From Candidatus Pacearchaeota archaeon (lineage in GTDB: Archaea; Nanobdellota; Nanobdellia; Pacearchaeales; GW2011-AR1): DNA of 64,000 nt. This document shows, piece by piece, positions 55,140 through 63,763 of this stretch (positions are counted from its first letter, which is position 1; every line of letters begins with the position of its first letter). The stretch spans positions 144 through 64,143 of the forward strand of contig JAGVWU010000001.1 of NCBI GenBank assembly GCA_018304145.1, given 5' to 3'. The notes beneath the pieces are model-generated. The model saw nothing but the letters and a program-made list of their open reading frames with translations. It made no database searches and was not told where the DNA came from. The translations under genes and the position numbers were made by a program.

Positions 55140-58127
55140 TTAGCTATTTAAAAATAGTTTTTCAATTTTATTTTGAATATATCTATTATCAGTTGTTTCT
55201 GCTAAGTTTGAATAGGAAGGACCTATTTTTTTATTAGTCATAACAAAAAACCAATTTTTTCCATAAAGTTTATTATTATTCTTTACTTTTTCCATTAATG
55301 CTTTTCTGTTTGTTTCTAAAGTTTTCCCAGTTTCAACTTCTATTGCATATTTTTGACCTTTTACTTCAAATATAATGTCTGGTTTTATAGTTTCATACAT
55401 TTTTACTTTGTCAGTAAATTTTTTAATGAAGTAATATAGCTGATAACACATAAAAGCATGAGGAAGGCTTTCATTAGATCTTGGAAAAACCATATATCTT
55501 TGTAATTTTTTTGTTTTAAAACTTTTTGCTTCAAATTGTTTATAACCTTTTGATTCAAGATAAATTATATCTTCTGTAGATAGTTTGCTCATTCTAAAAA
55601 TACCTCTTTCTTCGTTTAGAGTTATATTAATTTCTTTTTGCTCTTGTTTTATTGGTTTTTGTTCAATTGGTTTTTTATTATTTTTTAAAAGTATTTCATC
55701 TGCATTAGTAGTTATTATTTCATGCTCTTTTTCAGAAGCTACTATTTTTATTTTAGAGTGATCATCTTCCATTATAAGAAGCCCTTCTCCAACCATTGCT
55801 GTTAATAATAAAACTCTTTCAGAACCGCTTAAATGAAATATTTTTTGTATACTTTCTATTACAGCAGGTTTTTGTCTTAATAATAATGTGTAAGAACTGT
55901 TTGCTAAAACAGATCTTCCAGCCTTGGAGTTTAACATATCTTCTACTTCTTGATTGATTAAGAATAGCCCCATATTAAATTTTCTACAGGTTTTAACTAT
56001 TTCAAATAAGTAAGAAGAATCTTGAGATCTTGAAAGTAAAGCCCATGCTTCATCAATAACTAATATTTTTCTTTTAAGATCTCTTTTCATTTTTGTGTAA
56101 ACATAATCTAGAACAAGAAACATCATAGTTGGTTTAATTTGTCTAGGTAATTTTCCAATATCAAAACAAATAAAATCATTATCAAAATTAATGTTTGTAT
56201 GTTGATCAAGAAAAGAAAAAACTCCTTTAACATAAATATTCATCCTATTAATTAAACTTCTTATAGATATTTTTTCAAGACTTGTAGCTCTTTTTTCCAT
56301 TATTATCAATCGCTTTAATACATCTTGCATTCTTGGAGGGGCATATTCCCAAGTTCGAGGATTATTCATAATAATTCCTTTTTTCTCATAAGCGTCTGTT
56401 AATGCTTTGTCAAGAAATGTTTTTTGAGGCTCTGATAAATCACCTAACATTATGGGCATTAATTCCATTAATGCAAGACGCTTTTCAGGATAAGTATGAC
56501 CCATTAAATCTAATGGATTTATTATTGTATCAGAATCTCTTGCTAAATCTATTCTTTGACCTTGAAACTTTTCAACAAGACCTGCATACTCTCCCTGAGG
56601 GTCAATTATGATTACTTTTGTTCCGCTTAATAAATGTCTTGAAATTAATAATTTTGCAAGATAACTTTTTCCTGATCCAGAAGAAGCCAAACAGACTCCA
56701 TTTGCATTGGATAATTTGAATATATCTCTTATAATTGGAATATTACTTTTTCCAAGACCAAGCCAAATACCTGTAGGGTCAAATTTAAAGAACTGAGTTG
56801 TAAATGGAAAAAATGCAGATAGTGCAGAAGTAGGAATATTTCTTTTAACATTAAGAGAATTATCAATGAATGGGAGACAAGATTTGTATCCTTGAACCAT
56901 TCTAAACAATGGTTGTCTTGGAATTATTAACATTGAGTTTAATTCTGATTCAACTGTTTTTGTTAAGAGGTCAAGTTCTTTTTTACTGGGGGCTTGACAA
57001 TTGATAAATAAACTTACATTAAATAGTCGTTCTTCTCCTTTTTGTAGATTTTCAAGAATTCCTAAAGTGTCTCTATATTTAATTTCAAGACTAGGATTTA
57101 ATTGATTCTTTATTTTTGCTGAATATAAATCTGCTCTTTGTTTTTGTAGTTCTTTATTTAAGTTTACCATTGTTGTTTCAATGTTACTCGTTTCTATTTG
57201 TATTGAAATGTTAAAATTTCCAGAAAAACTGATTAGTCTATCTAAAAATCCAGTTTCAACTTTTCTTGGGTAACCATGAGCATAAATTGTACGATAAAAT
57301 TTTCCATCAATTTCTAAGTGATCAATATTATTCTTTATTTCTCTTGGAAGAATAGAAATATTATTTCCGGCATAAAATATTTGCCTAAATAAACTATCAA
57401 AATCATTTTTGTTCAATCTTTTTGTTTTAAGATGTAAACTGTTTAATCTTTCTTCACAAATCTTAACTTGATTTTCAATATTAGTTGTTTCCTGGATAAC
57501 TACATAAAAATTTCTATTCAAAACTTTATTTTTTGAAATCAACTCTACTAAATGAGTTTTATATTCTTCATAAATTGCCATATTTTCTTCTGATTGATTA
57601 ATATTTTCTTTTAGATTATCAAGATAACTTTCTAAAGAAAGTTCTTCAGTGGTTATTAAAATCTGAAGTGGAAAATCAAGTGAATTAAGAAATTTTTGAA
57701 ATGATAATGTTATTGCCTCTTGCTCATTTGTTGGTTTTATCTGAAAATTTAATGATTCAACTTTTAATACTGCTAATTTTTTCTTGTTAGAATAAATTAC
57801 TTCTTTTTCTATATTATCCAGTCTAATAAGATTTTGAATATCTTTTTGCTTATTTATATGCCTAAATCTATACCAGCTTATCCAATTTTTCAGATGTTCT
57901 AAAAAATTAAAGAAAATAAAACCTATTCCTATCAAAGCAGGTATTAAAGCTAAAAATATTCTTATATATAAGTTAAAATGAAAACTAAAAATAATAAAAA
58001 GTGATATTGGAAAAAATAAAAAAGCCCATACTAATTGCTTAAAATCAAGCCCAAAAACAATTATTTCCTTATATTCAAGTTGTTGAGGTATTTCATACAT
58101 ATTATATTGCTCCAATAGTTTTTGCAA
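55140..58127 (-). CDS. VirB4/TrbE-family conjugation ATPase with C-terminal restriction-endonuclease-like (PD-(D/E)xK) domain
   Basis: N-terminal TM helices. Walker A LASSGSGKSYLAKLL and Walker B ILVIDEAWALL in the C-terminal half, as in VirB4. A final ~130-aa domain carries KPDIIFEVKGQKYAIEVETG (hhhD...ExK / IEVE), resembling Hjc/NERD/Mrr-type nuclease cores. Confidence 0.6.
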   Translation of the reverse strand: MQKLLEQYNMYEIPQQLEYKEIIVFGLDFKQLVWAFLFFPISLFIIFSFHFNLYIRIFLALIPALIGIGFIFFNFLEHLKNWISWYRFRHINKQKDIQNLIRLDNIEKEVIYSNKKKLAVLKVESLNFQIKPTNEQEAITLSFQKFLNSLDFPLQILITTEELSLESYLDNLKENINQSEENMAIYEEYKTHLVELISKNKVLNRNFYVVIQETTNIENQVKICEERLNSLHLKTKRLNKNDFDSLFRQIFYAGNNISILPREIKNNIDHLEIDGKFYRTIYAHGYPRKVETGFLDRLISFSGNFNISIQIETSNIETTMVNLNKELQKQRADLYSAKIKNQLNPSLEIKYRDTLGILENLQKGEERLFNVSLFINCQAPSKKELDLLTKTVESELNSMLIIPRQPLFRMVQGYKSCLPFIDNSLNVKRNIPTSALSAFFPFTTQFFKFDPTGIWLGLGKSNIPIIRDIFKLSNANGVCLASSGSGKSYLAKLLISRHLLSGTKVIIIDPQGEYAGLVEKFQGQRIDLARDSDTIINPLDLMGHTYPEKRLALMELMPIMLGDLSEPQKTFLDKALTDAYEKKGIIMNNPRTWEYAPPRMQDVLKRLIIMEKRATSLEKISIRSLINRMNIYVKGVFSFLDQHTNINFDNDFICFDIGKLPRQIKPTMMFLVLDYVYTKMKRDLKRKILVIDEAWALLSRSQDSSYLFEIVKTCRKFNMGLFLINQEVEDMLNSKAGRSVLANSSYTLLLRQKPAVIESIQKIFHLSGSERVLLLTAMVGEGLLIMEDDHSKIKIVASEKEHEIITTNADEILLKNNKKPIEQKPIKQEQKEINITLNEERGIFRMSKLSTEDIIYLESKGYKQFEAKSFKTKKLQRYMVFPRSNESLPHAFMCYQLYYFIKKFTDKVKMYETIKPDIIFEVKGQKYAIEVETGKTLETNRKALMEKVKNNNKLYGKNWFFVMTNKKIGPSYSNLAETTDNRYIQNKIEKLFLNS

Positions 58128-58932
58128 CGATTGCGGTTTTTGCGATAGGTCCCATGACTTTAGAAGCCGCTTTAATCAATACAAAAAGCAAAAGGACAAA
58201 AGTAGAGATTATCACAAGATCAAAAGATCCTATAACAATTAAAATTTTTATATCGCTTAAAGAATTAAGTAGTAATAATCTTGAAGCAGTTAAGAATATC
58301 AAAGAGTAAAAAAATGGTAGAAAGATTAAAACCATTAATCCATTTATTATAAGTTTGCCGTAATTATGCAGAGGACTAATAAAATAAAAGAATATACCTA
58401 TTGCAAAAAATATAACTCCTGAACTAACAGCAATATATCTAATCATAAGAATCAATGATGTAATAATCAAATGAATAATGTATAAACCTAAAAATATTAT
58501 TTCTAAAGCTAGATTGGAAAAACTTTCAGATGTATAATTAAAAAAATCATTTCCAGCTATATTCAATACTCCTTTTGTTAATCCTGATGAGATCAAAAGA
58601 ATTAATTCATAAATATAATAACTGGTCTGAACCAGAACTATCATTATTAAAGTATTTTTTAAAGAGGTTTTTGCTTTTTCTCTTTCTTCTGGACTTTCTC
58701 CAGATATAATAAATTTGAATCCTATCCAAATTAGCAGTAAACCATAAAATAAAGATAAAACATAAATAATAACTCCCCAGACATCTGCAAATATTGAAAT
58801 ATTTACAGGTTCTGATAAGAGTTTATAATTAAGATTCAGGAAGGGTTGTAGAGCCATGTTGATTAAATCTACGATAAAACCAAACAAGTACTCTATAACA
58901 CAACCTCCCGGATCTGTAATGCTGCAACTCAT
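58102..58932 (-). CDS. polytopic membrane protein (VirB6/TrbL-like candidate) with TrbC-like N-terminal motif
   Basis: Seven or more predicted TM helices. N-terminal IISGESPEEREKAKTSLKNTLIMIVLV is paralogous to the adjacent 123-aa protein. Confidence 0.4.
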   Translation of the reverse strand: MSCSITDPGGCVIEYLFGFIVDLINMALQPFLNLNYKLLSEPVNISIFADVWGVIIYVLSLFYGLLLIWIGFKFIISGESPEEREKAKTSLKNTLIMIVLVQTSYYIYELILLISSGLTKGVLNIAGNDFFNYTSESFSNLALEIIFLGLYIIHLIITSLILMIRYIAVSSGVIFFAIGIFFYFISPLHNYGKLIINGLMVLIFLPFFYSLIFLTASRLLLLNSLSDIKILIVIGSFDLVIISTFVLLLFVLIKAASKVMGPIAKTAIVAKTIGAI

Positions 58933-58933
58933 T

Positions 58934-59263
58934 TTAATTTCCTAAAATCAGCTTAACCACAAAAGGAGCTGCCCAGATAACCATCAGACCTATGATAACA
59001 TACATTACCATATTTTTTGCTTTCTCTCTTTTTCCTGGATCTGATCCACTCATTATATAAGTGATTCCAGCAAACAACAATACTAGACCTGCAATCATTG
59101 TGACTGCATATTTTACAAGGTCGTAAATTGTTTGTAATGGTTTTAGTATTTGGTCAAAATCGCTATTTGATGCAGCTAAAATAAAACTAATCTGAAACAA
59201 AAGCAATACAAATAAAAAACAATAAATCAACAATGCTTTGTTTTTTGGTTTTCCTTGTGCCAT
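58934..59263 (-). CDS. VirB2/TrbC-like pilin-like small membrane protein
   Basis: About 110 aa with an N-terminal signal/TM segment, a mature region and a second hydrophobic helix (MSGSDPGKREKAKNMVMYVIIGLMVIWAAP). This topology matches TrbC/VirB2 pilins. Confidence 0.4.
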   Translation of the reverse strand: MAQGKPKNKALLIYCFLFVLLLFQISFILAASNSDFDQILKPLQTIYDLVKYAVTMIAGLVLLFAGITYIMSGSDPGKREKAKNMVMYVIIGLMVIWAAPFVVKLILGN

Positions 59264-59463
59264 TTTATTACCTCCTGAAATTTTTTCTTTTCTTTGTACT
59301 TGCAACTTAAAACATTAAAGCAAGTCTTGCAAAAGTCTGCTTCATCTGTTCTAAGTTCCTTTCCGCATAAGATGCATTTTTTCATGAAAACTTTATTTTT
59401 GAGAACTTTATATAATACCGAGTGAAACTTTTTGTACAAAATTTTGTACAAAAAATTGTACAA
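59227..59463 (-). CDS. small Zn-ribbon protein (tentative)
   Basis: CILCGKEL...CKTCF four-Cys ribbon in a 78-aa ORF. Overlaps the start of the downstream gene. Confidence 0.25.
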   Translation of the reverse strand: MYNFLYKILYKKFHSVLYKVLKNKVFMKKCILCGKELRTDEADFCKTCFNVLSCKYKEKKKFQEVIKWHKENQKTKHC

Positions 59464-59633
59464 TCTTTTTCACTCGGACATATTTAAGAAGTATAATTTT
59501 ACCTTTTTTATGCAAAATCAAAATAATGATTCAAAAAATAAAGAAAAGAAAGACGAGTTAAATAACGAGAATAAAACTTCTCTTCCAAAATGGATTCTAA
59601 TTTTAAAAAAAGCGTTAGAGGAGGATAAAAATA

Positions 59634-60671
59634 ATGATTCCAATAAATAAAATCTATAATTGTGAGGTATTAGAAGGATTAAAAAAATTACCTGATAACT
59701 CAATTGATTGCATAGTCACAAGTCCTCCCTATTGGAATCTTAGAGATTATAGAGTTGATAGTCAAATTGGTTTAGAAAATCATCCTGACGAATATATTAG
59801 AAAAATTATTGATATTATGAAAGAATTTAGAAGAGTTCTAAAACCAACTGGGACAATTTGGTTAAATCTTGGTGATTCATATTATAAAAATAAAGGAAGA
59901 GATTGTAAATCTAATTGGCTTCAGCATAAACAGAAACTCCTTATTCCTTTTAGAGTTGCTATTAAATGCCAAGATGATTTAGGTTTGATTCTTAGAAACG
60001 ATATAACCTGGATTAAACAATGGTGCAATTTTAAAACAAAAGATTCAGCCGGAAGTGTTACACCCACATCTGTAAAAGACAGATTAAATACTCATTCTGA
60101 ATCAATTTTCTTTTTTGTTAAAGATAAAAAATATTATTTTAATATTGATAAAATAAAAATTCCATGCAGAGATTTAAAAATTAAAACTGGAAAAAATCCT
60201 GGTGATTCAATTATTTTTCCTTTAGAACCAAGTAGAGAGAAACATTATGCAATGTTTCCAAAAACACTGCCTGAATTTTGCATTAAAGCTGGTTGCCCTG
60301 AAATGGTCTGTAAAAAATGTGGAACTCCCTTATTAAAAATAAAAGTTGGAGGAAATATTAATTCATTTAATTTTAGAGTGAGGGACGTTAAAAAAGGTAG
60401 AATCAAAAGTTTGGATAGAAGAGCTTCTTCAAAAGAGACTAAAAAATATAATGAAAAGAGTTATATGCCTAAATCTAAAGAAAAAATCATCCTGGCTTGT
60501 TCCTGCAATTCTGGGTTTAAACCAGGGATTGTTTTAGATCCTTTCATGGGTTCTGGAACAACTGCATTAGTTGCTAAAAGACTAAACAGAAATTTTATTG
60601 GTTTTGAATTAAACAAAGATTATCTTAAAATTATTGAGAAAAGACTATCTCAGGAGTTTTCTAATGAATAA
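59634..60671 (+). CDS. beta-class DNA methyltransferase (N4-cytosine or N6-adenine), orphan
   Basis: Motif IV IVTSPPYW precedes motif I DPFMGSGTT, the beta-class order. An internal CKKCGTPLL insertion is present. No obvious cognate restriction enzyme adjacent. Confidence 0.8.
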   Translation: MIPINKIYNCEVLEGLKKLPDNSIDCIVTSPPYWNLRDYRVDSQIGLENHPDEYIRKIIDIMKEFRRVLKPTGTIWLNLGDSYYKNKGRDCKSNWLQHKQKLLIPFRVAIKCQDDLGLILRNDITWIKQWCNFKTKDSAGSVTPTSVKDRLNTHSESIFFFVKDKKYYFNIDKIKIPCRDLKIKTGKNPGDSIIFPLEPSREKHYAMFPKTLPEFCIKAGCPEMVCKKCGTPLLKIKVGGNINSFNFRVRDVKKGRIKSLDRRASSKETKKYNEKSYMPKSKEKIILACSCNSGFKPGIVLDPFMGSGTTALVAKRLNRNFIGFELNKDYLKIIEKRLSQEFSNE

Positions 60672-60918
60672 TCAAAGTGAGAAACCTAGATTGGGTTTAT
60701 ACAACTTACTATTTAGAAGATTAGATGAATTACAAAGACAAAGTAAAAAAGAAATAATTCCGTTTCCAATGGTGTTTGTAAAATTATGCAGTAATTTTTC
60801 TATAAAGAAAAATGAATGTTGGGAATTATTATTTTTAATAAGAGATATGGGAATTATTGAGATTATTCCGCATCATGGGATAAGGTTGAAAGAAGAAATT
60901 AATTTTAAAATTGGGTAA
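60664..60918 (+). CDS. small hypothetical protein
   Basis: About 84-aa ORF overlapping the MTase stop. No motif recognised. Confidence 0.25.
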   Translation: MNNQSEKPRLGLYNLLFRRLDELQRQSKKEIIPFPMVFVKLCSNFSIKKNECWELLFLIRDMGIIEIIPHHGIRLKEEINFKIG

Positions 60919-60996
60919 TTTATAAGATTACAGTTTATTAGAATGAATTCTTAAAGATTAGCAAAGTTTATTTACGAATATCATTTAATATATTAT

Positions 60997-61347
60997 ATGG
61001 TATGTAAAAATATTAAAGAATTTGAACAAAGATGGGAGGACATAAGTAAAAAGATAGAAAAAAGTAGTTTAACCAGAAAGCAAGCTGGTGGAATAGTTAA
61101 AAATTTCTTTGAAGAAATTAAAATATTTAGTGTTAATAATCATCTTTATGGGAAAAAAGAAGAACCATTTGATTTCTTCTTTGCAATAACCGAAATTAGC
61201 ACTTCTCTATATGTTTCTTTACAAATAGCTATATCTAATTATGAAGAAAAACATGGAATTACATTATTTGCAAAAATTTTTGGAAATAGAGAATTTAAAA
61301 TAGATATAAACGCAATAAAAAATGAAATTAATAATAAATTCGTTTAA
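60997..61347 (+). CDS. hypothetical protein
   Basis: 116-aa ORF, last gene before the right-hand direct repeat. Confidence 0.3.
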   Translation: MVCKNIKEFEQRWEDISKKIEKSSLTRKQAGGIVKNFFEEIKIFSVNNHLYGKKEEPFDFFFAITEISTSLYVSLQIAISNYEEKHGITLFAKIFGNREFKIDINAIKNEINNKFV

Positions 61348-61457
61348 ATTCAATAGTCCACCACTATTCTCTAAAATAGGGGTCTTTAAATACTAATTTG
61401 TCCTCGGTAAATTAATTATAATAAACACTTTGGGGTGTTAAACAAATCACTTGAACC

Positions 61458-61471
61458 TCGTGGGGGCGTTT
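61458..61471. repeat. right copy of 14-bp direct repeat TCGTGGGGGCGTTT (putative attR)
   Basis: Exact match to 37915-37928. Embedded in AT-rich non-coding DNA. Confidence 0.6.
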
Positions 61472-61710
61472 ATCTTAAAACTAATCTATATTTTGGGAAA
61501 CCAAAAGATTTAATATTTATAATTAATTCTTTTTATAGTGAGAAAAATGAAATGTCTGTAATTAACAAGAATATAGATAAAACTATTAATACAATAAAAC
61601 CTCTTTTTAACATAATAACTAAATGAAATGTATATTTATAAATTTTCTTCTTTTTTGTTATGAGAATATATTTTAGTATAATTTTTAAATATTAAATTAT
61701 TGTATTTATC

Positions 61711-62148
61711 ATGGAGAAAAAAAGAGAAAAAACAAAAATACGCAACAAAAATCTGCATCATGCTTTTGTTAAAATTCTTTTGAAATCTCCTGTTACTAAT
61801 ATCAAATTTTCCAAAGGAAAAATTTCTCTTAATTTTTTCAATCATAAAATCTCAGATAAAATTAGCATCAAAAGAGAAGACCATGTTGCAGAATGGAGCA
61901 GAAAAAGAAAAGAAATATTCATAGACAGAAATTTTAGTGAAAAAGAAAAGGAAAAATCCTTCAGGGCATTATGCATACATGAACTGATTGAAAGATTTTT
62001 ATCAAAAACTTTTGGGCTTAATATTGATAAAGAAGCGCATCTTGTTGCAACACAGAAAGAAAAAGAATATTTAAAAAATATAAAAGGAAACTGGAGAAGT
62101 CATGAACTAAAAGTATTCTGGGACTGGCATAAGCTCGGAGAACACTGA
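61711..62148 (+). CDS. hypothetical protein
   Basis: 145-aa K-rich ORF. No motif recognised. Confidence 0.3.
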   Translation: MEKKREKTKIRNKNLHHAFVKILLKSPVTNIKFSKGKISLNFFNHKISDKISIKREDHVAEWSRKRKEIFIDRNFSEKEKEKSFRALCIHELIERFLSKTFGLNIDKEAHLVATQKEKEYLKNIKGNWRSHELKVFWDWHKLGEH

Positions 62149-62870
62149 TGAAATTTGAAAAAATAAAAATCAATAGAAAACTTTTTTATTGGACCTGGAG
62201 AGACCTGCCATTTTTGCCATATGCCTGGCTGGAAGAAAAAGACTTGAAAGATTTACCTAAACCTTTTCTTTTGACGGAAATCCATCCTGATTGTCCTATA
62301 GGTCTTGAAACACAAGACAAAGAAGATTTTACAAATATGATAAAACTTCCGGATAGTTTTGATAAATTAAATTTAGATAAAAGTTTAAGAAAGGATTTGA
62401 AAAGAGTTGAGAAAAAGAATGAGAATATAAAATTAATATATAATGAAAAAGATGCTCTTGATAAAAGCAAAAAATGGTTCTTGGAATTATGGAAGGAAAA
62501 CAGGAAAGATTTTCAAAGAAGGCTTAAATTATGGAAGGAAAAATGCTATACTATTAGTGCATACCTGAACAAAGAGCTTATTGCAGTCCATATTGCAATG
62601 AAAGAAAAAAATACTATTTTCTACTTTGGCTGCTGGTGGAACAGAAAATACAAAGACTTATCCACTCCGACTTTTTTGCTTAAAAAAGACTTAGAAAAAG
62701 CAATAAAAGATAAGATTAAGTATTATGACTTGGAAATTGGTGATGAATTTTACAAGAAAAAATGGGGGGTTATTGAAAAGCCTACAAAATATTATGCAGT
62801 ACTTACAAAAGAACTGGCTGATTATCTGAGGATTAAAGATTATGTTGAAATAAAACAAAGTCAAATATAA
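62148..62870 (+). CDS. hypothetical protein, possibly GNAT-fold (FemAB/acetyltransf_6-like)
   Basis: C-terminal YYDLEIGDEFYKKKWG resembles the conserved end of BioF2/CelD-like GNAT proteins. Weak. Confidence 0.3.
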   Translation: MKFEKIKINRKLFYWTWRDLPFLPYAWLEEKDLKDLPKPFLLTEIHPDCPIGLETQDKEDFTNMIKLPDSFDKLNLDKSLRKDLKRVEKKNENIKLIYNEKDALDKSKKWFLELWKENRKDFQRRLKLWKEKCYTISAYLNKELIAVHIAMKEKNTIFYFGCWWNRKYKDLSTPTFLLKKDLEKAIKDKIKYYDLEIGDEFYKKKWGVIEKPTKYYAVLTKELADYLRIKDYVEIKQSQI

Positions 62871-62891
62871 ATAATGAATTATATTTGTGGC

Positions 62892-63701
62892 TCATTTCTT
62901 AAAAGCAGGAGTTTTTGCTGCAAAAGGCTTTATTGTGCCTCCATGAAATGGCTTTGATATTTCTATTTTAGTGGTATTAGGCAGAGAATTTATAAAATTG
63001 CTAATTGAATAATTTATTTTTTGAGAAGAAGTTATAATTTCTAAAGCAGGAGTAACTGGAACATTTGCATAAGGAAAAGAACTAATTGGAGTAATTACTG
63101 GTTCATCTGCAATCTGATTAGCAGGAGGATTTACTATGACTGGAGTTTGCACAAGAGAAACAACAAAAATTGTTGCTCTCATAAAATTATGGAAATTGCA
63201 ATGATAATTAAAAGTTCCGGGAGAATTAAAAGTATAGCTAAAACTATCTCCGGGCTGTAAAACAGGGGAATTTAATTCACTTCCAGAATCTGAAGTTACA
63301 GTATGTATTGTGTTATCATTATTTGTCCATGCAACACTGTCTCCAATATTTATTGTCAATGATGAAGGGGAAAATGCAAAATTAATAATATTTACTGGAG
63401 GATCAGACAATTCTAAATTTTTTGAAGTTTCAGGCATAATAATTGTAATAGAATTATCTAGAGATTTAAAATCACCAAATCTTTCAGATTTGTACCGCAC
63501 CTTAAAAGGTGCAGTTTGTTGTGAATTTGGTAAGCCCTGTGAAATAAACCCAGTAACCTCCTTAGCTCCAAATTTAAAGTTGGAGTTTATTTCTCCGAAA
63601 TAAAAAAAAGTGCTTCCTGAAAAAAACTGCAAAAAGACTATTAACACAAAAATAATTATCAATATAATAATCAAAAGAATTATCTGATTTTTTTTATTCA
63701 T
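62892..63701 (-). CDS. membrane-anchored cupredoxin (plastocyanin/halocyanin-like blue copper protein)
   Basis: N-terminal TM anchor. Type-1 copper ligand pattern H(TV)...C(NF)H(NF)M (IHTVTSD ... YHCNFHNFM) within a C-terminal beta-rich domain. Confidence 0.65.
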   Translation of the reverse strand: MNKKNQIILLIIILIIIFVLIVFLQFFSGSTFFYFGEINSNFKFGAKEVTGFISQGLPNSQQTAPFKVRYKSERFGDFKSLDNSITIIMPETSKNLELSDPPVNIINFAFSPSSLTINIGDSVAWTNNDNTIHTVTSDSGSELNSPVLQPGDSFSYTFNSPGTFNYHCNFHNFMRATIFVVSLVQTPVIVNPPANQIADEPVITPISSFPYANVPVTPALEIITSSQKINYSISNFINSLPNTTKIEISKPFHGGTIKPFAAKTPAFKK

Positions 63702-63763
63702 TTTATTAAATTCTAATGATTTTAATTCCAATATAAATATATTGTTATAGCAGGATAATAATT

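Larger units (their letters stand above)
37885..61471. mobile_element. putative integrated plasmid-like / conjugative element (about 23.6 kb) bounded by 14-bp direct repeats
   Basis: Tyrosine integrase at the left end. An identical 14-mer TCGTGGGGGCGTTT occurs at 37915-37928 and 61458-61471, and is GC-rich in an AT-rich genome. Cargo includes a VirB4-like ATPase, VirB2/TrbC-like and VirB6-like membrane proteins, a Type I R-M system, an orphan MTase and nuclease genes. The insertion sits immediately downstream of the conserved exosome superoperon. Confidence 0.55.

Noticed and set aside
55043-55237. 64-aa plus-strand ORF between hsdM and the VirB4-like gene
   Set aside because: It overlaps the hairpin/terminator region and the 3' end of the VirB4-like gene. 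Its translation is F/Y-rich low complexity.
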